From Geosiphon pyriformis uo1 (Eukaryota; Fungi; Glomeromycota): DNA of 64,000 nt. Every line of letters begins with the position of its first letter. Positions within the stretch are counted from its first letter, which is position 1. A model generated the notes under the pieces. The model did no database searches. It saw only the letters and a list, made by a program, of their open reading frames with translations, and was not told the origin of the DNA. The position numbers and the translations under genes were made by a program. Positions 1 through 13,095 of the stretch are shown here, one piece after another. The stretch spans positions 130,087 to 194,086 of the forward strand of contig JAAOMT010000187.1 of NCBI GenBank assembly GCA_016748015.1, read 5' to 3'.

Positions 1-286
1 ATTCCTGTAAAAGAGTTAACTTTCACAGCAAAGTAACTATACATTTTTAGTGAGCTTCCAGACAAGCAATTCCTGGGAAAGAGTTGACGTTTACTACAAT
101 GTAACTACACAAAGTAACTGGCATGGAATTGGCCATTTCACTTATAAGCCCAGCAGTTCAAATTATAGGAGATAATTTAAAGATAAATTCAGTTATCGGA
201 GGTTCAAACACTTCCCATAATTGTGAATTAACAGCATTACAACAAACATACAAGAGCTAAGAAGAGACCAAAAACCTCCGGTAACA
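1..286 (+). mobile_element. 3' part of a family A Gypsy LTR (cut by the window edge), inserted into ORF2 of LINE copy 1
   Basis: Near-identical to the distal ~290 nt of the LTRs ending at 21899, 31106 and 58599. Ends ...CCTCCGGTAACA; LINE ORF2 sequence (LVKASQ, minus strand) resumes directly at 287. Confidence 0.93.
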
Positions 287-1321
287 CTGGGAAGCTTTAA
301 CCAATTTAGACACCAAGAGCTCCAATCTATAAAACCTGGATGAAGTCTTGGTAAAGACACCATCATATTCCTTAAACCATTTTTTTTTGAAAACCACATA
401 TGCCGAAAAACACAAGGTTTTGTGAATAGCATCCCATATAGCATTCAAATCCAAATGCCTTTTGGCATCCAAGAACTCAACAAAGAACATGGCAGCATTA
501 GCCACCATCTCTTCCTTAAACTTTGATCACAAAGCACCACCAGCATTATTATAATTGTATTTCCAATAATCCTTATTGGCCTGTTTGCGAATAAAATACA
601 AATAGGTATCCAAGAGACCACTCAAACCAACCAATACAGAAACGGCTTGGTGGTCCATATCAAAGAAATTGACCACATCCAGAATATTGTGATTCAAAAT
701 AGCATTGACCAAATTAGGAGACATAAAAAGATAATCAATAGTTTTCATCACACCCTGAGAATTACTCCATGTTGGAACCTTTAAAAATGGATTTCCAACA
801 AGTGAGTTAACCAGGCCCAAGCTTTCACACTTTCTGAAACTGGCACTTTTATGCAAACCATCTTCATTGAAGTCATCTCCCAAGATTAAGAAGGAGGATT
901 TATTCACGGCTCTAGCAATCAAAGTATTCACATCATCGGCCTGAGAGAAGCATACCAAAGCTGATATGCCAGCATATAGACCCAAGATAGAAACTGAGAG
1001 TTTATTCTTAAAAAGTAACCTGACAGAAATAAGACGACCAGAGACTTTAGAGACTTTACACACATGCTTGGCCAGAGCAATGTTCATAATGATAGCCACA
1101 CCTGAACAAATATAACCTAAATCCAAACCAGAAATAAAAACCCTAACACCAGCAAACTTATCAGCAATCTACGGACAAACTCTACCCTTTAACTTTATTT
1201 CTTTAACTATTGAAACCATATTGTTTATGCTCATATGCCAACAAATAATGTCAGCTTGCTTAGAAGGATTATTCATTCCTTTAACATTGCATGTAGCTAT
1301 TTTCCACACAAAACTGTTCAT
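287..1321 (-). pseudogene. LINE-1st-copy ORF2 N-terminus (APE endonuclease)
   Basis: WKIATCNVKG, GVAI, ILGDDFN, TW, TIDY, DH motifs; ATG overlaps the ORF1 stop (ATGA). Confidence 0.88.
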
Positions 1322-3117
1322 TGAAAAGAGGATAAAAGAGACACAATACCAGTCAAACTCAAACCATCCAAATAAGCTGTGAGGCTCATCACTAAAACAG
1401 AAAGTCCTGCAAGAATGGATTCCAATTTCTTCACCCCAAGGGAGACAAACAAATCAGGTTTCGAAGCAGCCTCACCACTAGTGGTTCCACTTAAACCCTC
1501 TTCCATCACTACATCTCCCACATAATCCTGTAATAGGGGGGTCACCGATGGCTGGCATCCAAGGCTAGGCTGGGAAACCACCAGTCCAAGTGAATCCAAC
1601 CTTTGAGCCAACTTACCAATTTGTTCTATAAGACTAGTGAGACTGCTCTCAATATTCTTCAAACAGTCTTCCAATTCATTATCAAAAGTCGGGAAAAATT
1701 TACCATAGGATATGGAACCAGATTGAGCTGAACCACCAAGAGACACTATCAGAAGTGGTTTACCAACCATGGATGCCCAAGTTTTTCCACTGAATGCCAA
1801 AGGATGAGAAACAGGAGCAGATTTTTTCTCATATATTTTTACCAGACAGAACTGATCCTGAGCTGAGAGAGGAGTTTTCTTGCTCTTAGGACTTGAGAAC
1901 ACACCAGCAGTATGACAAGCAAGAGAAGTATGACCAGAATTTTTGCAAATTGAACACAGTGCAGCAGTTAAACGAAACCATCGGAGACCAACACTTTTTA
2001 TAACAGAAGTGTTTGCCATTGCTTGAATTAGGCTACTCTCAGAATTGAAGCACACAGTGGCACAGTGTGTCTGAACATAACTGACAGAATTGCGTTTGAT
2101 AACACAAGTTTTCCCATTGACTGAACCAATAAAGTCCCAAAGATCATGAGCATTAGTGTCTATGGGAAGAGTATAAAGCAAAGCCCTAAACTCATCTTTG
2201 GCATCCCACGTTTGTTTGTCAACATTGGCCTGGGCCACACACACCACATCTTTCCCAATAAGGATGGACCACTCAGCCACCAAGAGATTAGCTTGATTTT
2301 GATTCTCCAATTTGATGATCACTTTTTGCCATAGACCTACCAACTGCATCTTGATTGACTTAATAAACCCAAATTCAGAAATGGCTGCACACACCGCCTC
2401 AATGAAAGTTCCTACAGGAATTTCTTTCAACACGATTGTCTAATTTGTACGATTGTTGATGGGATGCTTAAGATCAGTGTTTATCACAACACCACAATTA
2501 TTTGCCAATTGTGCAGCTGCCATCATTGCCTTTTCAGAAGTGAAAGAAGTCTGGATGATTCCACCAAATTTTGAGAGAGTAGAGGCCCCCCCAAAACCAT
2601 TTACACCTGAAAAAATTTTTCTGACAAAATTGACTTTTTCCTGAGAAGATTTCCCAGTGATGGCCACAAGATCAATATCTAAAGCAAAGAATTTGTGAAC
2701 AGGCACCTGAATGAACAGTTTGACAGGTAGAAGAGGCAGAAGAAGAAAGGAATCATCTAACACGTTATCATCTATATTGACAGTTTCATAATCAATCACA
2801 TCCAGAGGCTTCCCTAACACCTTTTTGGTCTTTACATGTAAACTCTTTGGTATTTGATTAAGATCCCCTTTCATAAAAGCACCACTCTTATTATAGTCAA
2901 CACTGGTTTCTTCAACCAAGCACTCCTCTTCTATGTCAATATTCTCAGACTTAATAGTATTACCCATCTTAGAATTCCATAAATGAGCACCAGAAGCTTT
3001 AGCAGCAACCCCTCTATTATCAACACCTTCTGTCAATACACCACTCTTCCTCTTTTTTTTCGACATAACTGCCTTGAAACCACCCTCAGAACCAGAAACT
3101 TTACTAGTCTTCTTTAT
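1318..3117 (-). pseudogene. LINE-1st-copy ORF1 (two RRM-like segments plus a CCHC knuckle), one internal stop, probable start codon decayed to ATA
   Basis: ORFs 2440-3066 and 1318-2433 are in frame; RRM-like KEIPVGT...EFGFIKSIKMQLVGLWQK; CSICKNSGHTSLAC. Confidence 0.85.
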
Positions 3118-3239
3118 AACAGCAATAATAGAGCCAATAGTGGCCTCGTAATTGAAGAACAGTTTTGATTTATCATATTGAATGATAAAAAACTTCTTTC
3201 GAAAAAACTTTTGACTCTTTTTTGGAAATTTTGGATGAA

Positions 3240-4230
3240 AAAAAGAAAGAAGTTTTTTAGTTTTTTTTTGTGTTTTTTATTAAATATAAATTTTTTATAA
3301 AATTTTAATTTTAATAATAATAATTACTAAAACTTTTTTATATTTAAAAATAACAATAATAAAATTTTAATAATACTTATTAAAAAACTAAAAAAACACA
3401 TTTAACTATTTACTTAAAAATATGTAACCAAAAAAGATAATTAATTTAGTTTTAAATATATCTTAAAAAACAATAACTTTTTTCAATTAAAAAAATTCCA
3501 ATATTATTTTTTATTATTAAATTAATTAATAAACTAATACAATTTTAACAATTTTAAATAACTTAAAATACATAATAAAATATTATTTTAAATTAATAAA
3601 CTTTAACTTAATATCTAAAATTTTATTATATAAAATTATAACAATAAAAACAAAAAGCAAAAACAAAAACAGAAATTACAAAAAATTTAGCAATTTTAAA
3701 AATAATAAAAAAATTTAGCAAGTTTAATTCTAATAATAATATTTAAAAAAAATTAAAAAGCAATTTTTATATAAAAAAATTTAATAAATTAATAAAATTA
3801 TACAAAAACTAAAAACAGTCTTAACAGAAATTAATTTAATTTTTGCTGTTTTATTAAATATTAATAAATAATTTATTAAGTATTATTTTTTTATAATTTA
3901 CTTTTATAATACATATATATATTTAAGTAATTATTATTTGGTTTTAAAAAAAAGTTTTGTATTAATAATAAATTAAAATTATTTATAGTTAAAAAAACAA
4001 TTTGTAAAAATTAAAATTTTAAATTTATTAAAAATAAAATATGTGTTAAAAAAACTATTAAAATATATTATTAAATTATAAATTAATAAATTAACAAATT
4101 AAAACATAATAATAAATATTAGCAAAAATATTAACAAATAACGTTTATTTTTAACATAATATGAATTTTATATATTAATTAAATAATAATAATAATACTT
4201 CTTAAATATATAACCAAAATTTTTAAAATA
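3240..4230. other. Extremely AT-rich, hypermutated repeat relic
   Basis: Almost no G/C, essentially no CpG, no ORFs; abrupt return to normal composition near 4230. Confidence 0.6.
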
Positions 4231-4263
4231 AGTGATGACATTGATCTCTGATAATTTTCTCAC

Positions 4264-4306
4264 CCAATCATTAGGTAAAAATTCATTGCGACGTGGCATC
4301 TAAATA
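4264..4306 (+). promoter_or_regulatory. Putative SEC31 proximal promoter: CCAAT (4264-4268), GACGTGGCA bZIP/UPRE-like site (4290-4298), TAAATA (4301-4306)
   Basis: Motifs lie in the ~110 nt of non-decayed sequence before the ATG. Function is inferred only. Confidence 0.4.
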
Positions 4307-4339
4307 GCACCTTATTCCACTTTCACTCTATTCGAAAAA

Positions 4340-7300
4340 ATGAAGCTTAGAGAACTAAATCGCACAGCAACCTTTGCCTGGAGTCCAGGGCAACATTTAC
4401 CCTTCATAGCTACTGGCACAGTCGCTGGTGCTCTTGATGCCTCCTTTTCCAATACTACTGAACTTGAAATATTTGAACTTGATTTGCGGAAATCAGAGGC
4501 TGAACGGGAATTAAAACCTACCGGTATAGTAACTAGCAATGCGAGGTATTTTGAATTTTCAAATGATTCTTCCCAAATTTCTGGTTTCTTTCTCTGTCAT
4601 TTTCACTGACTGGTTTTCCAGTAAATCTTTCTGATTCTATTTATTCACTTGTCTTCTTTTTTTCCAGGTTTGACCGTCTAGTTTGGGGTAACGCCGTCGA
4701 TAAAACACATGGAATAATTGCTGGTGGAATGGAGAACGGAGAATTAGATTTATGGGATCCAGCGGTGATCCTTGAAGGTAGCGAGTGAGTAGTACGATTT
4801 TTTCTATTATTCTGTAATTCAGTTTGAAAAAAACCATTGATTCGTGTTTTCTCATAAAGTTCCGAAAAAGCACTGTTATTACGAAATAAACAGCATTCTG
4901 GAAATGTTCGAGGTTTACAGTTTAATCCGTTTCAAAGTAATTTACTGGGTTCTGCCGCGACCAATGGCGAGGTGACTTATTAAAATCATTGACAAATTTT
5001 AATTTTTAAACATAGGTTTTCTTTACGAAACTAAATAACATGCTTTTTTTGATTATAGATCTTTATATGGGATTTGGCAAATCCTGACAAACCATATGGT
5101 CCTGGTACCCGTTCTCCAAAGTTAGAGGAAATCACTTGCTTGGCTTGGAATAACCAGGTGCAACATATTCTCGCCACGTCTTCCACAACTGGTTACACAG
5201 TAATATGGGATTTGAAGAATAAGAGAGAGGTGATGCATTTATCATACGCCGGCCCCGCCGCAACAATCGGAGGCGCTTATGGTATACCGCTTAACCATAG
5301 TTCCTTGGGAGGAGGAGGTAGAAGAGGCACCACTTCAGTCGCTTGGAATCCCGATGTGGTGAGTGCCTTGATTTATACTTGTATCGTCTGCACCTCCAAC
5401 CACTCTTACTTCGTAATCAACGTCTTCTGATCTATTCTAGGCTACTCAATTAATTACCGCCTCTGAGGATGACAATAATCCCGTAATTCTTATATGGGAT
5501 CTTAGAAATGCTCATGCCCCCGAAAAAGTAAGTTCTCATAATAAACGCACTTGTTCGCTTTCATCTGATTCAATCCAAATTTAATCTCCAATTTCCTTGC
5601 ACCAGATTTTAACAGGACATCAAAAAGGTGTATTGGCACTTGCCTGGTGCCAAAAAGATGGTGAACTGTTGCTTTCTAGCGGCAAGGACAATAGAACTCT
5701 ATGTTGGAACCCACGTACAAGTGAAATCATTGGAGAAGTAAATGAAACTCTATTTTAGATCCTGTTGTTTTACCAAATATTTTTTATTGACAAAACCCCC
5801 CCCCCCCCCTCACTATTCTTCAATATCTCAGCTTCCTCTCAGCTCGAACTGGACATTTGATGTTCAATGGTGTCCAGGAAATCCAGATTTATTGGCCTCA
5901 GCATCTTTTGATGGAAAGGTAATTCATATATATATATATATATATATATACATCAACATTTTTTTTAATATGTTTTTTTCCAAAGAAAACTAAATTCATC
6001 CTTTAACTACTTTTAACCAAAGATCAGTGTTTATTCACTTCAATCTTCTCACGAGGTGAAACCTCAAAAACCCGAGAATGATGACCCATTTGCACCCATT
6101 TCAACCCCATATCAACCCGTCCTCGCCCTCAAACACCCACCAAGATGGTTGAGGCGCCCTGTAGGGGCCTCATTTGGCTTTGGTGGGAAATTGGTATATT
6201 TCAATAATAGACACACCCCCGGGCAGATTGAGATCAATTATCGGGTCAGGATTTCTATCCCAGTTACAGAACCTGAAATTGTTCGACGTTCGATTGAGTT
6301 GGAGACATCAATTGAATCTAAAACACTAGCAAACCTCTGCGAGAACCGTGGGAAAGAAACAAATAATCACACTGAATCAGAAAATTGGAATGTGCTGCAC
6401 ACACTTTTTGATGAAAATGCCAGGGAACAAATGGTGAAACATCTGGGCTTCTCTAAAACAGATATTGTTACCCAAATAACGGCTGCTATTAAAAATATCA
6501 ACTTGAACACTGTATCAAAAAAAGATATTCATTTAAAGTCCGAAAGCATAACATCCCTTGACGAGGGAGATTCTCTGCTTCACGATGATCCCTCCGAAGT
6601 TAAAACCACTTCGATTCAAGAAACAACGAACGAAAAGGATGGTGTCGATGCTCTTTTCTCAGGACCTTTTTCAGAAAATATCTCAGATGCTTCTAATTTG
6701 TTTAGCTCTGATACAATACAAAGCACCTTCCCTACTGGACCTTCCATTACAACGTTGACCGATGAAATCTCGTTATCAAGTTTTAATTTTGGTGCTTTCA
6801 ACATTTATCCTGCAGATGAATCTGAAATTGATAAGTTGATCACCAGATCGATTGTTTTAGGTGATTTCGAATCTGCGGTTAATCTTTGCTTGCAAGCAGA
6901 TCGATTATCTGATGCACTGGTTTTGGCTGGTTTTGGTGGACCTGAACTCTTACAACGCACTCAAAAGATTTATTTTGACAAATGTGCCTCCACCGTACCT
7001 TACTTACGTCTACTTCAAAGTATAGTCTCTGGTGATTTATCAGACATTGTGAACAATGCAGATTTAACTGAATGGCAAGAAATTGTGGTCGTTCTTTGTA
7101 CATTTGCACGTGGAGAAGAATTTGGAGGCTTATGCAATGCATTAGGAAAACGATTAGAGGAACAATATCTGAAGCTAAAAGCCTCTACGTCTTCGGAGGA
7201 AACGAAGAAAATAGCACTTGGCTATCGGCGGAGTGCTGTACTGTGTTACTTAGCCGCAGGAGATCTTGAGAATGTGGTAAATATTTGGATCGTCGAACAA

Positions 7301-9323
7301 GAAGAGGAAGAACAATACCAACTTACAAAGGTCGATCAAATCAACCAAAATATCAGTTCGTTTTACTCTTATCACGCCCAAACCTTGCAAAATTTGATCG
7401 AAAAGGTCACAGTTTTTCGAAAAGCCATTGATTATGTGGATCCTGCATTGATTCAAAATCAAGAGGGCTCGGAAACTGAATCACAAGGACGACAATTCAA
7501 TTTAGCCCCTCTTTATAACAAATATGCCGAATATGCAGCAATATTGGCGGATCAGGGACGTTTATCCACAGCTCTCAAATATATAACATTAACACCACCT
7601 GATTACCAGAACATAGAAGCTAACGACAAGGATTATTCTTTGCAAATTTTGAGGGAACGATTATTTAATTCTGGGATAGAAAATTTAAGTATAAAGCCAC
7701 CCAAGTTTCCTTTTGAAAAGGTGTTTGTAGGGGCTGACGGTGAGCTCAATAGAACTACAGGCTCAGAAACGATTGCGTATCCTTATCCCCTAATGAAGAC
7801 AAATATACCTCAAAACTACCACCCACAGCAATTAATAGAAACTCCTCAAACAAATTACTATGATCAGCAGTATCTTTATAATCAATCAGCTCAAATTGGT
7901 AATATGCCTCCCTATCAAATCAACCAAACAACTTTACCACAAATACCACCTCCACAACCTTTACAACCTTTACAACCTTTACAACCTTTGCAACCTTTAC
8001 AACCTTTGCAACAAAATCTACCTCCGATTGGTTATAATGCAAACATGGGTTACAATGTTCCTCCAGGTTTCCCAGTTGGTTATCCTCAACCGTTTCAAAA
8101 TGCAAATGCTATCGCGCCAAATCCACCAAACATTCCTGTTGCCCCTTATCAAAATCCTAAGCCATTACCTGAAACAGATGTTTCAGGTGCCTTCAAAACG
8201 CAGGCCCGTAATTGGAACGATGCCCCAATGGTGTCAAATGCCTTGATGGCAAAAAGAACAGCACAAGCTCAAGTTAACAATAAAGTCCAACCACTTACAT
8301 CCCCATTTCCAACTTCCACCTCTCCAGCTCCCAATCTCAATCCATCTATGCCGCCGCCACCACCACCACAATATCATCCTAAACAAACCAAAATTCCTGG
8401 TCAAAATAGTTTTGATCCGCCGATTCGCGGGGGCCCACCTCCAGCAGGTTTATATCAGCAAGGCCCACATATCAATACTCAAAATGCGCCTGCCACTCCT
8501 TATCCCCCTAATCAAGCCGCCCGAATCTCCCCACCACCTCAAACACGTCCAACACAAGCGGCCCAAACTCATTATAGCCCTGGTCAATCAACTCCTACCC
8601 CACCCCCACCTGCTCCTATTCAACAAACATATGGATCTCATACAGCTTACACTAATCCGAATCCTGGTTATGAAGCTTCCCAAATTCCTCAAAATACGAT
8701 ACCACCATCATCAATAGCACAACCTGGGAGAGCACCTACTCCGGCAAAAGCCCCCACACCTGTTAGAAAACATAGCAAGTGTTGTAATAAATTTGCATTA
8801 TGATAAATGAAAGCCTCTAAAATGTCATGTTTTTTAGCTATCGGTGATCGAACTCATATTCCCAGCTTGCATAAGCCTATTTACGATGTTCTTGGTCATG
8901 AACTGCTGAAAGCAAGACAAACTTTTGGGGTTAGTTTTATTTTTTTCATTTTCAATATTCTTAAAAACCGAAACCAAACATATCCAATCTCCTAGGCAAA
9001 TCCAAGTCAAAAGAAAATAGTGGACGACACTGAAAAGCGGCTAAATCTCCTTTTCGAAGAATTAAACAATGAAGAGCTTTCACAACCAGTTATTGATGCA
9101 CTATTGCGCCTAGTGGATGGTAAGACAAGCTATTGTATATTAGACGCAAAACTTTGAAGGATTCAAAGTCCCTAAATTCCCATTCGATTATTTTCTAGCA
9201 TTAAAACGGGGAGACTATACCACTGGCATCAACATTCAGATCGAATTAATGACTACTAAATTTCAAGAGTGCAGTAAGTGGGTAGTAGGTTTGAAAAGAC
9301 TTATGGAAATGTTAAAAACTTAG
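4340..9323 (+). CDS. SEC31: COPII outer-coat protein Sec31. Exons 4340-4545, 4668-4784, 4860-4971, 5059-5358, 5441-5527, 5606-5737, 5832-5918, 6023-8774, 8838-8929, 8996-9119, 9199-9323 (4134 nt, 1377 aa)
   Basis: N-terminus [16 protein letters not shown]...[13 protein letters not shown]; WD40 repeats; [20 protein letters not shown]; alpha-solenoid; Pro/Gln-rich region with WNDAP; C-terminal GDRTHIP...[16 protein letters not shown]...WVVGLKRL. All joins keep frame with GT-AG sites (one GC-AG). Confidence 0.97.
7955..8008 (+). repeat. Coding 9-bp repeat (CAACCTTTR)x6 encoding (QPL)6 in the Sec31 proline-rich region
   Basis: Read directly from the sequence. Confidence 0.9.
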
Positions 9324-9499
9324 AAACTTGTTTGTTTTTGAAAATATTTATATACGTAAAAATTTTTGACAATCCTATTCCGATTTTTGTTTGGTCAATT
9401 AGCTTCAAATCTTGAAATGATAAATCAGAGCAATCATTTTCAAAAAAATTAATTTTGGTATGAAATCTCATGAAAAACCTAGTTAGGAAGTTTGTATTT

Positions 9500-12400
9500 A
9501 AATTCGAAAAATAGAAAGTGAATTAAAAAACTTATTAAATAAAATTAAGGATTTGTAAATTAATAAATCTTTGATTTTTTTTAAATAGATATTTAATTTT
9601 TTATATTTGGTAATAAATTTTATTCAACAAAATAAATTTAATAAATTAATGTCAAAAAACATGTAAATGGTAATATTAAGATTGTTATATTATCAACTTA
9701 TTTAATTTAATTATTAAAACTGTAATATATATTACATAATAAAGTTATAACAAATTTTGGCTTAACAAAAAATTACAAAGTTTATAGTAGTTTAAATTAA
9801 AATAAAGTGTTTTTACTATTGCTTTAGAAAAATTTTTATGATCTATTTATGTGTATAAAAATTAAGAACCAAACTTAATTATATAAGTACTATATAAATT
9901 TAAAATTCATAACTAAGATAAGTTAAATAAAAGCAACAGTTAATTACTTTTTATTTTTTACTACTAGCACTTTTATAGATAATATTATTTGAATAAGCAA
10001 TTTTTAAATAACTTTACAATATATTTTAAATATAATTAATAAGTTTTTTCAAATTAATATTTTTATTAACATTAAAAAAACTGTAATTATTTTTATTAAT
10101 TATTAAGTAAAGTTTTTTAGTTTGTACATTTGCAGAATGTCTATTTTAATTGTTAAAAAAGAAAAAATATACAAATATTTAGATATATTTAGTTAATAAA
10201 TAAAATATTTAATCTTAATTTAAAAAATATATATATTAATATTAAGTTTTTTATAAATATAGTATTAAAAAAAACTATATTTAATAAACAGTTTTTATAT
10301 TTGATTTTAGTTGTTTTATAACTGATTATTATTTATTATATTTAATTTTATTTTATAGTTAAACAAATATGTATTAAATAAAACTTAATTATTAGAAAAA
10401 ATTTAAAATTTAAGACTAATTTGCCAAAAATATTTTTATTAATATTATATATTATTTTTTGTTATATGATTTTAAATCTTTAAACAAATTTAATTAAAAA
10501 GTAAAATAGCAAATTTAATAATATTAATTAATACAACTAAGATTCTTAAATAGCTTTTTATTTATTATACTATAAATTTGTAAATTATATATTAGATTTT
10601 ATAATATTTATTGTTAATTTTGCAAATTTTTTAACTGGTATAACTAATAAGTTGTCTATAATATTTTGGTTAAAAAAAATAATTTTAATGTTAGATGTTT
10701 TAAGTACTTTAACTTATTTTAAATTGATTTAATTTCTAAAAAAATTTAATATTGTTTCTATTAATTAGTTTTTAAACTATTATAATTTCTGTTTTACTTG
10801 AAAAAAATTTTGGTATTGGAAAAAATTAGATCTTAAAATTTTAATTTTTGTTTGTTTTAATATCTTTATTGTGTTTATTTTTAATAATAATTTTATTAAT
10901 ATTACAAATAATTTCTAAATTATTTAATTTTTTATAATTTAATGCTTAAAATGATTAATTTTTTAATTTAAAAATTTTTAAAAATTTTGGTATTAAAATT
11001 AATTGTATAATAGACAAAAATTCAATATTAATAGTAAATAATACTTAATATTTAACTTTTTTAAAATAACTAATTTATTTTGGTGTTTTTTATTTTTTTA
11101 TTAAACAATTTTAGTTTTTTTAGTTATATTTTATATTCTTTTTTGGTGTTTTTTATTAAGCAATTTTTGATGTTACAATCTCAATATTTTTTCTTAATTA
11201 ATTAGTAAACACAAAACAAACAAAATAAATAAATAAATAAATAAAAATTGAAAATTGGTATTTTGTTAATAACTATAATTAAAAATTATTGTTTTATTAT
11301 TGTTTATAATATTGAATTAATACTATTAATATTAATAAGATAAATATGAATTTATAAAATTATATTTAAATAATATAATTTAATAAATTTATTTAAATAA
11401 TTATAAACTATAAAGTTACTTAATAAAATAAAAACTAAACTTGTTTTTAATTTAGCTTATCTGTTTTTTTCGTTTTTAATATTTTTGTTGTATATATATA
11501 AATTTTTACAATTTTTTTGAGTTATTATTAAAATTTCTAATATTTTTGTTAATATTTTTGGAATTTTTAATATTATATGCTTTAATAATTTATACTTTGT
11601 TATTGGTTATTTATTTATGTTTTTTTGTTTTTTTTGTTTTATTTCACAAGTAATAATATATATATTTTTTAATATTAAGCTCTAATATATTTTTTTTTGG
11701 ATAAATTTAAGTACTTTTTTTTATTATAATATTAAAAATTTCAGTTTTTGAAATTTTAAACTGTAAATTAATTATTTTTCTAGTTGGTTTGCTGTTAATA
11801 TTTTTATAGCTAAATATAATAATATTTTATTATATTTATAAAAAATTACATATAATTAATATACTGTTTTTAAGTAGATTATTAAATTGGTTTTTAATAA
11901 TATTCTATTTGTTATACTATTTTTTGTTAAAGATTTTCTTAAATCTATTAATGTACTAAATAGTGATTGGGTTTTACTTAATAAATGCATTAATAAAAAA
12001 AAGATCTGTTAGTATATAATATCTGAATATTTAACTATTATATTAAGTAATAATAATAATAATATATTATCAAAATTTGTTTTTTTTTAATTTTTTTAGT
12101 CTTTTTTTATTAGTTTTTTAAATTAAATAACTGTTAGTAGATTTTTTATAATTTTTTTTACTTTTTTATAATTTTTTTTATATAGTTATTTACTTGTATT
12201 TGTAATTTTTTGTATAAAACTATTTATGTTGTTTTTTTTAAGTATTTTTATAACAAATTTTTTGATTATTAACAGTAATTTTTATGTTTAACTTTTTATT
12301 TTTTAGTACTTAAACAAATATTAAATAATTAAGTAAATATTATTTGTAATTTTTATTTTTGGTGGTTATTTTGTTATATTTGAGTAATATTTATATATAT

Positions 12401-12600
12401 TTTTTAGTTTTATAATATGCTAACTTTAATAATAATAATTGGTTCTAAATCTTGTAAAATATTATTTAATTTAATTAATATTTTTTGTGTTTTTAATTAT
12501 AATATGCTAAGTATTAATAAAACTTTGTTATAATATATTTTTAATTAATTATTATGTACTATTTTAATTAAAATTTTGTTTTCTAATTATAATTTATATG
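9500..12600. other. AT-rich desert of hypermutated TE relics, not assignable
   Basis: No ORF of 60 aa or more, near-total CpG loss, long A/T tracts. Confidence 0.6.
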
Positions 12601-12601
12601 T

Positions 12602-12960
12602 TATTACAGAAAAGTTTTCTTGGTATACTTTAATTGTTAATATTCCGTTTTAATTGTAATCAGTCTCTTATGAGTTCCTCAATTTTTATGTGTTGAATAT
12701 TAATAATAATGTATTGAAGGTTTTTTCTTAATATTGTGATATAAGTTTTCTCTTTAATTTTAGTTGTCTTTGTATGTTGTGTACTTCTTTTCAGAGGCTA
12801 ATCTAAAATCTACTTACTGTTTAGGATCTTCTCTAAGACTATTTTTACAATTGCCTGATATGTTTCTTTAATCTAGAAACACAGAATGTTAATGATCTTT
12901 TCACAATTTTTCTAAATATATAATAAAGTTTTTTCAATTTAATTAGTAATTACATGAATA
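12602..12960 (-). mobile_element. Degraded LTR-like repeat (family C), 3' part
   Basis: Reverse complement aligns with about 51900-52245 (TTTCTAGATTAAAGAAACATAT...GAAAAC...TGTAATA end). Confidence 0.65.
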
Positions 12961-13095
12961 ATCTTGATCAAAAATTATTTTTCAAAGAGTTTAAAGATAG
13001 AATGATAGTTTCATTTGCTAGAAAAAATATGTGAATTCTATTGTTAATTTTGTAATTATGATGTTAATTCCATTTATTATTTTTATTAATTTTTT

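Larger units (their letters stand above)
287..3240 (-). mobile_element. LINE copy 1: 5' UTR, ORF1 and APE endonuclease part of ORF2, interrupted by the LTR at 1-286
   Basis: Same ORF1/ORF2 sequences as the three plus-strand copies. 5' boundary approximate. Confidence 0.9.

Noticed and set aside
9500-12600. Centromere, organelle or endosymbiont-derived insert
   Set aside because: No recognisable genes, and comparable AT deserts in the window can be traced to decayed TEs.
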